Part shown: positions 1 to 12,469 of the stretch, piece after piece
Layout: the number at the start of each line of letters is the position of its first letter
Position numbering within the stretch: position 1 is the first letter of the stretch
NCBI RefSeq assembly: GCF_001194135.2
Contig: NC_068985.1
Span: 82,884,748-82,932,587 of the forward strand
DNA from: Octopus bimaculoides
Lineage: Eukaryota
Length of the DNA stretch: 47,840 bases
Reading direction: 5' to 3'
The notes under the pieces: generated by a model
Told to the model about the DNA's origin: nothing
Database searches by the model: none
What the model saw: only the letters and a program-made list of their open reading frames with translations
Position numbers and translations under genes: made by a program

Positions 1-46
<46 letters not shown>

Positions 47-47
47 G
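1..47. repeat. (TA)n microsatellite
   Basis: Direct reading; nearly perfect (AT)n at the window start. Confidence 0.95.
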
Positions 48-422
48 AGTTTGTATGATTGTGTATAGAAAAATATATTAATCAATGAAATTCCCAGCCA
101 TTCTGATTTTCACGTCTTATTACTTGCAATTTTTACAATTTTACAATATTGAAATAAACTTGTACTTTCATGCATTATCAGGTTTATATAGTTACAGTCA
201 TGTTCCACAATTGACAACTGTATATATGTGTGTGTGTGTGTGAGTGTGTGTGTGTGTGTGTGTACATATATATAATTTTAAATTTGAGTACACACTTTGC
301 ATGCTGTTTAAAGCCCATTCACTGTTTTCGGCTACCTGACATCATTATCAACAGTATGGATGTAAATATCAGTGGATTTATTTCAGGAATTCCTTCGTGC
401 CTATTGAGTTTATAAAATATTT

Positions 423-453
<31 letters not shown>

Positions 454-1104
454 TAATGATAAAAACAGAGGTTTTTCACATCCGTAATTTTATTAAACAG
501 TTGTTTATGGATATGAGAAATCTCTGTTCTCCTTATGATTATTAATGCTATTACTTACTCTGCATAAACTATGCAGTCCTGAATAGGACACTCAGATTTT
601 CGTAGTAAGAATAGTTACCAGAGTCTAGCAATTTATTATTAACTTGGTTATCCCAAAAGGACTACTGTGGTTAGCCAGCATCTGAAATTGAAGTAAGAGG
701 AAACACGGTAACCAGCATGATAATAACTCCCTTTAAAGTTAGATAAGGCTGAATTTTGAGATTAACCTGGGTTTCATGTTAATGAAGTGCTTTGCTTTAC
801 AGGATATCATCAGATCTGAAAACCTGTCGGCTTAAGACCTCTCTAGTGAGTGACCTCTCTAGTATATGGACGAGGAAAGGACCTCACTATTCAATGTCAA
901 CAACAAGGGATTGTCTCCCTTTAGCTATTGATCACAAGTGACCCTGTTACCTTGTGGGTTCCAATAGGCCAGCAAGAATTTCCTGAAATGCAAGCGAGGT
1001 CCAAAGACCTCTATTCTGGAATCAAGGATGTTCCCCAGGTTGAGAGAGTCTTTTAAAATCCTCACCCATTTTGTTATGTGTAGTTTACAATGCTATATAT
1101 AGCT

Positions 1105-1295
1105 GCAGGTGTTGCTGTGTGGTAAGAAGCACTCAGTCCACTCTACAGAGTGGTTGGTATTAGGAAGGATATCCAACCATAAAATCCCTGCCAAAACAGA
1201 TATAGTTGCCTGGGGTTAGTCTTTTAGCTGGCCGACTCCTGTTAACCGTCCTACTCATGCATGCACAAAGATGGACGTTAAATGATGATGATGAT
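1105..1295 (+). mobile_element. SINE with tRNA-like head joined to the (GAT)n-tailed module (internally deleted copy)
   Basis: GCAGGTGTTGCTGTGTGGTAAGAAGC head, then the GTGGTTGGTATTAGGAAGGATATCCA...GGACGTTAAATGATGATGATGAT tail shared with many copies in the window. Confidence 0.8.
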
Positions 1296-1699
1296 ATATA
1301 TTATTAAATGAATACATAAGATATTACAGAGAAAAGGTATTAGATGTGCTGTTCTGCATTGAATATTATTTACACAATTAACATCTCTCATGTGAAACAT
1401 TTATGTTGAACCAACAAACTTTTTAATTACATTACTTTTCTAAATAACAAAACAAAAAAACTAGTTAAAAGAATCATTTTTTTTTCCTCTGTAAACTTTA
1501 GACAAGAATATACAAGACAAGTAGAGACCACTCTTAAACAAGGTGCATTCATAGTTGCAAGTTTAAAACCATTTGGACTTCATGTTTGAACAGGTCTCTT
1601 ACATAAACAACTATCATATGTTAGTCGTGTGTGTGATTGAATATAAATCTTTATCTTTTAATTACAAGATTATTTCTAACAGAAAACAAAAATGATTCA

Positions 1700-2010
1700 T
1701 TGCACACAGACACACGCACATGCGCGCGCGCACGCACACACACACACACACACACACACAAACATGCACACATATATATAGAACTTTCAGGGTAGTCAGT
1801 CCACTTCACATGTTTTGTTTCATCAATTTGAAATATGCTAATATTTAGACATATTTATATATTCATATAGTTGTACATATTCATGAGTAACTGATACTAC
1901 ATAGTCAAGCATGCATACATACATTCATACATACATACACAGACACACACACACATACACACATACATACACACAATCATACATACATGCGCACACACAC
2001 ACATACATAT
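1700..2010. repeat. Compound (CA)n/(CATA)n microsatellite region
   Basis: Direct reading. Confidence 0.85.
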
Positions 2011-2014
2011 ATAA

Positions 2015-2418
2015 GTGCAGGTGTGGTTGAGTGGTAATCAGTTTACTTCCTAATCACCTGATTCTAGGTTCAGTCCCATTCCATGGCATCTTAGGCAGCT
2101 ATCTTCCATTAGAGTTTAGAGCCCATCAGAGCCTTGTGAGTGGATTTAGTAGATGGAAACTGAAAGACACCTGTCATATATATCTATGCATGTGAATCTT
2201 TGTGTTTTGTGGTTGCATTTGTCTTCCACTACCACTTGACAACCAGTGTTGGTGCATTTATGTCCCTGTGATATAGCAGTTCAGCAAAGGAAATTGACAG
2301 AATAAATACCAGGCTTATAACAAAATTACTGGGGTTGATTCATTCAACTAAAAGTTTTTTCAAGGCAGTGGCCCAACATGGCCACAGTCTAATGACTGAA
2401 GCAGGTAAAAGATAAAAT
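2015..2418 (+). mobile_element. tRNA-derived SINE, family A, diverged full-length copy
   Basis: Colinear with the better-preserved copy at 28501-28887 (head, GTGAGTGGATTTAGTAGATGGAAACTGAAAG, CTTGACAACC...GGTG, AATGACTGAAGCAGGTAAAAG end). Confidence 0.85.
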
Positions 2419-2500
2419 ATACATAACACACACACACACACACACACACATACATACATACATACATACATACATACATACATACATACATACATACATA

Positions 2501-2885
2501 ATGATTTGAGATAGAGAAGAGAAACTGTGCACAGTTGTAGAAATTAGATGCCCAGTGAATGTTAACATAAAGCTGAAGATCAGTGAAAAAGAGAACACCT
2601 ATGCTGAAATCTGCAGTTATTCTATCCAGATTACAAGCTCAGGTTTATACCTGTAATTATTGGGGCCCTGAGATATGTAACACACTACCTAAATACCAAT
2701 CTTGAGAAATTAGGCTTCTCAGAACCAGAAAGGAGAAAGCTAATCTGAAGACTACAGATCCAATCCATCACTGGAGCTGTAAAAATCTGTAAAACTTTCC
2801 AGAAGTTTATCGTTTTAATATATATAAGTATGTCTAGATATGCAACTATATCCATGAGAATACATACATAAAACATACAACTTTG

Positions 2886-2925
<40 letters not shown>

Positions 2926-3087
2926 GACATGCACACGCACACACACATACATACAAAAAAGCAAAAATACCCTGTTGTTAATGTTGAAATTCCAATGAAG
3001 GAACATTGGATTTAGGTTTGAAACTGGTTCTTTCGCTATTGGCAAGAAATCTTGGAATAAACTTTATAATGATATACATACATACAT
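2501..3087 (+). mobile_element. 5'-truncated non-LTR retrotransposon 3' end with restriction-like endonuclease (R2 superfamily, R4/CRE-like)
   Basis: 2501-2817 translates (one frameshift, two stops) to I*DREEKLCTVVEIRCPVNVNIKLKISEKENTYAE / LQLFYPDYKLRFIPVIIGALRYVTHYLNTNLEKLGFSEPERRKLI*RLQIQSITGAVKICKTFQKF, matching the RLE C-terminus (..E..CP.D.N..K, P..IGALG). The 3' UTR extent to the (TACA)n at 3075-3087 is inferred. Confidence 0.85.
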
Positions 3088-3629
3088 GTGGGTTGCCATT
3101 AGATGAATTTGACCATCATTGACAAACTTTCTTGTTTCTGGTGCTTTTTTTTTAATATATATTTGCTTTGAAGTGACCACTGCAATCTACAGTGACATTT
3201 AAAACCAAGAATTGACTTGCATTTTTTGTTGCAGATGTGTCACCAGTTTCCATGTGTTGCAATCAAGTGCTTATTTATTACAGCACCTTGATTGTGTTCT
3301 TTTATGTGCCTTGTAAGTCCAGATCAGCTGGAAGATACCATACCATATGAGTTGCATAATAGATTAGCTGCTAGGCCTTTCATCATGTCTGCATAGGTGA
3401 CTTGTGAGGCCAGCTCTGGAGACGCAAACATCTCCACATTCATCACACTCATACCTACCTGCCTGTCTGCCTGCCTACCTACCTACCTACCTACCTACCT
3501 ACGTACCTACCTACACACACACATATATACATATGTACATACATGCAACATACATACATATGCATATATATGCATTATATGTGTGAGCATCATTGTGTGC
3601 GCCTTGTTATCATCATTCTTATCAGTCTC

Positions 3630-3765
3630 ATTATATTGGTTTCAAATTTTAGCACAAAGCCAGCAATTTCAGAGTAGGGTAAGTTGATATTATCAACTAC
3701 AGTACTCAAACTGTTTTCATTTTATAGACCTTAAAATGACAAAAGTCTAAGTCGATCTCGACAGT
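3630..3765 (-). mobile_element. SINE family C fragment (diverged)
   Basis: Reverse-complement similarity to 33046-33258 (TTTATAGACCTTAAAATGACAAAAGTCTAAGTCGATCTCGAC). Confidence 0.55.
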
Positions 3766-4030
3766 ATTAGTCTCATCATATCATAATCAGACATTAATAT
3801 GTGGCATGGATCAGATAGTTATATATGTGTATATTATAAGTAAAGTATGCATACTGTATTTGATAGGGTATATATATGTATATGTGAATATTTATTCATA
3901 TGTGTATTTTGTGCAGATGTAAATAACTGTATTCATGCATATATATGCACCCAGTTCTGCACATATAAAAAGAGGAATATTATTTATTAGATGATGACTT
4001 TGGAATTTGTGTGCATATGCATGTGTGTGT

Positions 4031-4231
4031 TTATTTCTTTAGAATTTAAAGCAGCCATTCTGGTCAAATTATTCTACTTGTTTTATGCTCAAACTGGCCA
4101 GATTTGGCTTCTCACACGTACTCTGCAATATCCTTCTAAAAATACACAGTCATAAAAATCTTGAAGCTATGTGATAATGCATGATTTAATTCAAAACATG
4201 TGAGTAAATAATCTGAGTGCTAAAGGATTAT
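4031..4231. mobile_element. Degenerate short MITE-like element with piggyBac-like ends
   Basis: Right end AGTGCTAAAGGATTA and left end TTATTTCTTTAGAATT are degenerate versions of TTAACCCTTTAGCATT...AATGCTAAAGGGTTAA; family recognition is from memory only. Confidence 0.4.
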
Positions 4232-5759
4232 ATATATCGTATAGTTGCAAAGCGACCTTTTTAATCACACACTCAGACAAGTGTTTGTATTTGTGAAACA
4301 CAGAAAAATCATAAGTTCCTATTTTTCACTCACCCCAAAATCAGTTGATTTGTTTCTTTTACACAGATTTTTATTTGCAATTAGTGTGGAGTGACATAGG
4401 TTTAACCAGGAATTGAAACCAGGTTAGATTTAAAATCTTCAATGACAAACTTAGGACAAAAGCCTGACAATAACACTGTGTAAGACGATTTTTGTACTTG
4501 GGTGGTAACTATTATTTCCTATTTGCTTACCCCTAGAAAGTATGAAAAAGGGCTAATATTTCCTTCAAACTTTGCTTTTGTTACATTTATTCAAACTCCA
4601 AAGAGTCTCTCTTGACACATGGCTATGATGTTCCCCCCACAACTCTTGCTCAGGATCAGAGATGCACGTATTGTCAGCCACTAAGGGACATGCTCAAGTG
4701 GTTGAGGTCAAGCAACTAACAAGCAGATCTGTGGTACTGGGCAGATTATTTGCTTTAATGATATTTGTGCTTCAGCAACTCAGTGCTGAATCTGTCTGAA
4801 ATGTAATGGAAAATTGGTCAGTTTCAAAACATTGATGTCCAGTTTACAAAAGCAAAGTTTGAAGGGAATAAAAGTAATTTCCTTTTTACTTCCAGATAGA
4901 AGCAAATAGGAAATTACACTTACTAACCAAAGACAAAAAATAAATAAATAAAAATTTTGTTACACAATGTAATATAAGTTGGGAAGTGGAAGAGAAGCTA
5001 ACACAAAATTTGCACCTTTAACTATCGACATGTTTCAGCAGTCAAAATAAATCATAAAATGATAAGGATTTTTTTTTCTTTTACAAATAAAAAATAATGT
5101 TATTTGGCTGAAAATAAAACAACCAATTTCACTCAAAGAATTCTATTATTCAGAGACAAAAACAAAACATCATTTAAAAGAATCACTTTAAATGGAATTG
5201 ATTTATTATTCCATTTTGATGGTTAATACTTGATGTATTTTTTTTATTTCTTTAATTATTCTGTCTCTTACTATTTAATACTTGCTCAATGCAGCTTCTG
5301 TGTCTTCTTATACGGTACTATTTATAATTGAATCATTTGTTTTATTTGGATCTTTTTTTTTTGTTTTCTTTCTGCTTGATGTGATGATGTCACTCTATAA
5401 AATTTGTACTCATATTGATGGTTTGTGTTTACAGGTAATAAAATTTTCTAGATTATTATTTATATTTATATAAAATAAACAAAGATAGACACATAAAAAA
5501 ATCTCTCCTTCAGAAACAATGGTAATTTGTTGTAGTTATTATCATTGTTGTTGTGGTGGTGGTTTTATCCAGTGTCTTTATTTCATTGTTTGTTTTCATT
5601 TTTGTAAATCAACTCATGTAATTACATTAAAGAGTCCACTTTCTTTCTGGTCAGGCCAGTGGTTTCAATTCATATTATATATTTCTTTATTATTAAAAAA
5701 GAAAGATTGGCAAAAGGCAAAGTGATCATTGCATTTCATAAAAGAACTATACTTGTCAA

Positions 5760-5787
5760 CAGTGTGTGTGTGTGTATATATGTATAT

Positions 5788-5819
<32 letters not shown>

Positions 5820-5993
5820 ATGTATTTATATATATATGTATATATATATGTGTGTGTGTGCATATATATATAAATATACATACACACACACACACATATA
5901 CATACATAAACTCATATATATACATGCATATATTTATATATACACATATATATATGCATATATATATTTATATATACATATCTTCCATCTTTC

Positions 5994-6047
<54 letters not shown>

Positions 6048-6160
6048 CATGTGTGTGTTTATATAATATATATATACATACATGTGTGTGTATATGTATA
6101 TGTGCATGTGTATGTATGTGTGTGTGTGTATTTATAGGCCTACACACACATGCATTTGCA
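5760..6160. repeat. Compound (TG)n/(TA)n/(CA)n microsatellite block
   Basis: Direct reading; accounts for ORFs 5659-6172. Confidence 0.95.
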
Positions 6161-6464
6161 CACTACATCTAATCACCCTGTTTCACACTCACTCACCTCC
6201 TTCACCCCTGTCATTATCACTTCCCTTTTCTTATCATTCTGAGAAATTCTTTATTTGAAAGAACAGACACTCTGTAGAATAGAGATGACTCTTTAGTTTT
6301 ACAGGGGACTTTTCTAATGTTGGTACCACAATATCATATATCCCATACTCTCTATACAATGGTTGGTGTTTGGAAGAGCATCCTGCCATAGAAACTTTGC
6401 TAAAACAAAAAAAAATTGATTGTAGAAGATCTGGTACCCTGACCCATCTTGAAGGCAATAATTC

Positions 6465-6788
6465 TGTTATGGGAGAATTCTGGACACCGCCTTATGACTG
6501 AAGACGGACTAACCAGTTACAATAAATAAGAAATGAGTGAACTGTCAGGGGCAGTTGATGGCCTTAGTCCGACAGTGTTGGATTATTGTGTTAGTTCAAG
6601 AGTTGGTAGTTGAGCAGTAAATTCTGAGTATCGTACTTACATTAGAGTAGTATGGATTGCATTCTGTGTTAACATATATTTCTGTGATAGGTTATTTTAA
6701 GATAACCACAAGTTATTTATATGTGTAATACCATTTTACACCAGACATATATACCCATGTCATAAGATGCGAGAGCATATTCCATGAA
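6465..6788. mobile_element. Possible solo-LTR/MITE-like element with imperfect terminal inverted repeats
   Basis: Left TGTTATGGGAGAATTCTGGACACCGCCTTATGAC versus reverse complement of right end TTCATGGAATATGCTCTCGCATCTTATGAC; they share CTTATGAC and partial ATGG..AAT. Confidence 0.35.
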
Positions 6789-7310
6789 TGTTAGATAATA
6801 TAAATAAATACATAATACAGTCATTGTATGTTATTTATATTAGTTGAAAGCAGTGATTACTAACTGGGATGCCCTGGTTTCATCTTCTGATTATTTTTTC
6901 ATAGTAATGATAGAGAGCAGAGAAGCATATTATATAGTCTTGTTAAAAGCTGGAACAGCTGTAGTTAATTGCTTTTTTTGTAGATTCCCACTATAAAGTT
7001 ATGAATTCTATGAGTGTCTGGATAAAAAAAAAACCTTGTTATTTTAGAATTTTATGTATTGAAATTAGAGATAAACATAAAAGAAGCCCTTACAAGAAAT
7101 TTCAAAAAAATAAATCTGAAAATTTCTAATTTACTTTGTGACAAGGGGGAGTAATTCAACATGTATTTATGAAGCAGTGAGTAGGAAACTAAAAGATAGG
7201 GTTTATATTTACAATATTAATGTTTTATGTGGGGCTGCGAAGAGATTTTTTTTCAAGATTAGTAGAAACAGGAGTTAATCTAAGCATGTGAGTATTAAGA
7301 ATTAAGTGAA

Positions 7311-7567
7311 ATTAAAGATATAATTATAGTTAACACAAAGATAAATGAAGAATGATCAAATAATAGGAATAGAAAGTAAAATTGTAAACAAAGCTTATAG
7401 AGCCAAAAGGAACATATAGACAGGGTCTCACTTTGAGAAGAATTATAATTAAAGATATAATTATAGTTAAGACAATGATAGATAAAAGCTAATTACATAA
7501 TAGGATGAGCAAATCAAATTAAAAATAGGCCTCATAAAGCCAGAAGGAATAAAGAGACAGTGTCCTA
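7311..7567 (+). repeat. Diverged tandem duplication, about 137-bp period, 2 copies
   Basis: ATTAAAGATATAATTATAGTTAA is identical at 7311 and 7448; the rest aligns at roughly 70% by eye. Confidence 0.8.
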
Positions 7568-8054
7568 CCTCTTTCTCTTTCTCTCTCTCTAAATAGATTT
7601 TAGAGTCAAATCAAGAGGGAGATGAACTCAATTTATATGCAAATTAAGCATAGATTGTTTGATAAGGATGATTATAAATGTTAATAACAGTAAGGGTAAG
7701 TTTGAATAGGCTCGGTAATTATACTTAGGGTTGGTGGCTACTAGAGCTATAAATTTTCTTACGGTTGTTATCACCAAGAGTGGAAGAGCATCTAATTATG
7801 AGTGTATCTGTATACATGAAAAAATGGAGTACTAAGTTATAGTTTTATGTGGGATGATTAGTAACTGTAATTCACATTTTAAAGGAGGTTATAATAATTT
7901 GGTAAGATAAATGATAAACAATATTAATAAATTTGAGTATTGTTGATATATCAAACAACATATTGGACTAAGGAACAAGTATAATTTTGAAAACTATGTA
8001 TTTTGTATCTCTTGTTGTGTGTTTATATATATATATATACACACATATGAGAGA

Positions 8055-8235
8055 GAGTTTGGGTTCTGATTTAAGCATGAGGCCAGAAATGTTAAGGCAC
8101 GAGGATATAGTTGATACCATTTCATCTTATTGGTCCCAGAAGGATCAAAGACAAAGTTGACTTTAGCAGGAATTGAACTCGGAACCAGAATAAATACCAC
8201 AATGCACTTTGTCTGACACTGTAATGCATTAGCCA
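8055..8235 (-). mobile_element. SINE family C fragment
   Basis: AAAGTTGACTTTAGCAGGAATTGAACTC is the reverse complement of the B-box-like GAGTTCAAATTC...GTCGACTTTG region of family C. Confidence 0.65.
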
Positions 8236-8911
8236 GCTCACTGCTCTAGGGATACCTATAATGGTGTGGGTAAAGATATAAGGGAATTAACAGAAATACA
8301 AGAGGAGATGATAAAGAATAACATGCAGAGAATTACATGGAATGGAAAGTAGTACAATGGATTATGTAAAATTTAATCAGCATCATCATCATTCTCCTCT
8401 TATATCCAGTTTCCATGCTGATATTGGTTGGATGGGCCATCACAGTCAGTGTGATTTCTAATTCAGAGTTACTGAATTTAGGGAGGATTCTTGATACCTC
8501 CATATCAAAACTTGTTAGCTGGCTGCTGTTCTGCTGTGGCCTGAACTCAAACTGCTTATTTATGCCAGCTGCATAGTATGGAGAGTATTTGAGATGAGCA
8601 AAGTATTCATGAAATACGTTCCTCTTGAGTGTAAAATATTCATAAGACTCATAAGTGATATACTAGAAAAAACTGGATAAATTTGTAAGGATTTCAGCAA
8701 TTCCTATTTTATTCAATGTTTATAATTATGTTTATTTATTTAATGACATATCTCTCTGTCTTAATTGGGTTTTTGCATTATCTACCTCTGTGCTGATCCT
8801 GCTAACAACCTTCTTTATACCTGGTTATACCTTTTTATTCTTGTCCAACAGGAAATTGATGTTTCGGAAAAATTAAACAAATTTATTGTTTCAACAAGAA
8901 TTTAAACAAAT

Positions 8912-9954
8912 ATCTCATTCAAAACATTTCTCTCTACTCCTGATACACCTGGTACACTCCCAGTAGCTTTTGCTGTTTTCGGTCACATGCTGGAGTGTAT
9001 TTGGGGGTGTAGTGTACAGCTCTTAAAGCAAACTTTTTTATATCATTTCTATCATTTGAAATTGATGATCTTCAGTGTGGGTCTCAACTTTGAGAACAAA
9101 ACAAAGTTTACAGGGTTCAATCCCAGAGAGGAAGGCAGTAGGGAAATTGAAACACAGCTTATGCGTTGTCCAAAAGTAATGACTAAAAACCTGACTCATG
9201 AACAGGTGCATTGTTGTGGTGCAGCATCCAGATTTTGTTTGTCCAAACCTCAAGCCATTTTCTTTGCACTTCCTCTCTCTAATTCTTCAGGACATTCAAA
9301 TAAAATTAATTACATGCAGCAATTTCATGATGAACAATGTCCAACATTCCAATCAAAAAAGTCAATTAGCATCCCTTTCACATTTGAGTGATAAAAAAGT
9401 ACTTTTGGTGGGGTTTAAGGCTGTGATGATGATTTAACTCACTGATCTGATACTTTTTAATTTTGACAACATAACTATACACCCATTTATCATTACCTGT
9501 AATAACTTTTTTTTAGAAAGCTGTCAGCAGTATTTAAAGACTTCAAAGAGCTTGTAACAGGAACTCTTTTCTCTCATCTGTCAGCACACATGCACACATT
9601 TTGTGGCACCATAAAGCGTCTTCAATTTTTCTTTTAGAAATCATGCAACACAATTTTTGGCAGATGCTTACCTCATTGGAAATTTTATGGACCATCAAAT
9701 AACGTTTCTCACAAACCACAAAATGTACATCTTCCGTGTGATCATCACTCACTATCACAGAAAGGTGCCAAACATTGGTTCATCTTTGGACTATATCCCT
9801 CCTAATCTAACACACTCATATCACTCGTGTAATTTGTATTTGGCAAATACTCCTCCTCATAAGTCGGTTGCAAAAGTCGCTACAAATGTTTTTCATAATT
9901 GAAAGGCAATTTTTAAACAAATCTTTCATTGTTCAGCTTGCAATAATTCACCAT
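8912..9954 (-). pseudogene. Decayed mariner (Tc1/mariner) transposase, near full length
   Basis: Minus-strand translation with frameshifts and stops gives, in order: EQ*KICLKIAFQL*KT (HTH), LTDERKE, FLKKVITGNDKWVYSY (ITGDETWVYGY), NVKGMLIDFFDW, DIVHHE, FYLNVLK..REEVQRKWLEVWTNKIWMLHHNNAPVH (HHDNAPAH), a PYSPDLAP-like segment and YWE..RCIRSREKCFE*D (CIASRGDYFEGD). TIRs not identified. Confidence 0.9.
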
Positions 9955-10764
9955 GTAAACTAAATTGTTATTCACTCTATCATATGTAGATTGATGACTG
10001 ACAGATGTGGCATGGTATGGCTAATATTAGATTGAAGAGCAATGGTTATCTATACATATCACTGCAATCATGAATATACTGGTTCACTTGGTTAGCTCAC
10101 TGTTTTAAAAGTTTGGTTTCTTTTTAAACAAACCTCTCCAGTCAGCATCAATAGGTTAACATTCTCCAGATAAAATCTTTTGATAGCAATATAAGTAGCT
10201 GACAGTTAAAAGCTGTCTGTTACAATTAACAGCTCTGACATTGTTTCATAAACACTTAATTGTTGTAACTGAAATCAATCAAACATTGAATTGGAAGTGA
10301 GCTTGTGAAATAACATAATAAACAAGGCTTTTCAAAGAAACAATAATATTGTTCCAGACATGCTTTTCTTATCCGTTCTATGTTTGGCACACCTTTTTCA
10401 GTATTATTCATATACATAGTTATGCAAATGTCAGCAGGAAAACCCAGATGTCTTGATGTTGATATATTTATAGATTTCATGGAAATATCACTCTCTTTTG
10501 TGTTTTTTTTTTCATTTTTTTTTCTCTTATATTCTTTTTTCCTAATTGCCAATCCTAATGATGAACAATAGAAAATTGAGTCCTTTCTCCTCCATGCATA
10601 TACAAAACACATACACACACATGTTCACACAGTTAACTTAGACACATTCTAATTGTGTGTGGGTAATTAAAAACTACATATGTACATGTATATCTACATC
10701 AATACATTAACATATGATATTTCTGATGGAATGAGTGCATTGTCTTTTGCGTATTTGTAGTGAT

Positions 10765-10766
<2 letters not shown>

Positions 10767-10810
<44 letters not shown>

Positions 10811-10827
10811 TGTATATACAAAATCAT

Positions 10828-10868
<41 letters not shown>

Positions 10869-10875
10869 TTGTGTT

Positions 10876-10946
<71 letters not shown>

Positions 10947-10960
10947 CGGGAGAGAGAGAG
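10767..10960. repeat. (TA)n-(TG)n-(TA)n-(AG)n compound microsatellite
   Basis: Direct reading. Confidence 0.95.
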
Positions 10961-10984
10961 AAGGAAGGGGTGTATTTAAAAAAA

Positions 10985-11322
10985 TATGGGAGAATTTGTT
11001 TTTGAAAATGTACCTGAATTTGAAAAAATTGTGCTTGTTTTTACATAAATTTATTTACATACATACCAAACTAGTTTCAACAATTTTTCTTCTATCCATG
11101 GTGTAAACGTATATAAAACAATCTACCCCTGTCATTGAATTTTGTGAACATTTAATCATTTAAACATCTTTTCTACTTCACAATTTAAAATTTTTTAAAT
11201 CCCATTGTTTTGTATACATTTATACCATTAATAAACCCAAAATTATTGAAACTAGTTTGGTATGTATGTAAATAAATTCATTTAAGAACAGTTACAAGTT
11301 TTTCAAAAATAAATTCTCCTAT
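10985..11322. mobile_element. Fold-back (palindromic) element, about 340 bp
   Basis: 11048-11087 and 11239-11278 are inverted repeats with 1 mismatch in 40; symmetry continues outward (TATGGGAGAATTTGTTTTTGAAAA / TTTTCAAAAATAAATTCTCCTAT) and inward (ATGGTGTAAACGTATATAAAACAAT / ATTGTTTTGTATACATTTATACCAT). Confidence 0.85.
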
Positions 11323-11338
11323 GCATGTATATAAAAGA

Positions 11339-11372
<34 letters not shown>

Positions 11373-11374
<2 letters not shown>

Positions 11375-11785
11375 GTAAATCGTTGAGTATAGTCCGCCCT
11401 TGAGTATAATACGCAGGGGATTTTTAGGGGGCTGTACCTCTGAAAAGCCTAAACCTTGTGTATAATTTGCACCCCTTCTCTAACTTGAGTCAAGGAGGTC
11501 TATATAACGTCCTTGGTTTGTAAACGTATATACAGTAACGTCCTTTATTATTATTGTATACATAACATAATGCAAACATGTAGCTTTTTTGTGCACTTTG
11601 TTTGCAGAAAATAAAGAAATAACAGTAATAATGTCAGTGAAAAATAAATATTAAGTAAATTGCCTTTACATAATTAGAAACTTAGAAAATTTTGCTTAGA
11701 AAATATTTTTCATTTTTAACCTCGTATATAGTATGCACTAGAAATTTTTGGGAAAAAAGTGCAGATTATACTTGAGGATTTACGG
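11373..11785. mobile_element. Non-autonomous Tc1/mariner-superfamily MITE (CCGTA ends, Tc2/pogo-like), 413 bp, TA target duplication
   Basis: TA|CCGTAAATCGTTGAGTATAGTCCGC ... GCAGATTATACTTGAGGATTTACGG|TA; about 25-bp imperfect TIRs, subterminal repeat TGAGTATAATACGCA at 11401; inserted in (TA)n. Confidence 0.9.
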
Positions 11786-11790
11786 TATAC

Positions 11791-11855
11791 NNNNNNNNNN
11801 NNNNNNNNNNNNNNNNNNNNNNNNNNNNNNNNNNNNNNNNNNNNNNNNNNNNNNN
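11791..11855. other. Assembly gap (65 N)
   Basis: N run. Confidence 1.
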
Positions 11856-12469
11856 TATATATACAGATATATATATATATATATATGTAACAAAATCAGT
11901 ATACGTATATATATATATATATATATATTTGTGTGTGTATAGAAAAAATTAGTACAGGCAAGAAAGAAATTTACAGGAAAAATGAAACAGAATATAAGAG
12001 ATCTTTTGACAGCAATGATAAATTAAAGACATGTTATGCAAAGCCTTGTGAGAAAAGAGAAAATAGGAGATAGGAGTAGGTGAGTGAAAGAACTTAGGGA
12101 ATGCTGAAGCAACTGTAGCGATATAAATAGAAAAAGAGAGTAAAAATGAGGTACTGGGAAAATTGGTTATGGAACAGGGAAAGAAAGAGTGAGAGAAGAA
12201 GGTGGAGGAAGAGAGAGAGAGTATGGTCAAAGTGTTAGGTCTTACAACTATAAGGTTATGGATCTGATTCTTGGACAAGGTAGTTAATGATGTCCTGATG
12301 AAAACAATTAACATGGTAAATTCCTTAGATAGCTTGCTATAGAAGAGAGGATTGTAGAGTTGGTGTAAAGTTTCTTTCCTGTAGAGGTTCATACATTAGA
12401 CCACCATCATACATGCTACCCTTATTTTTTAGCTTATTAAGAAGTTGCAGAATTTATGAAACGTGTTGA

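Noticed and set aside
6468-6479. TATGGGAGAATT matching the PLE-like terminus
   Set aside because: Here it is part of an apparent TIR paired with 6759-6788 and is not next to (TA)n; probably coincidental.
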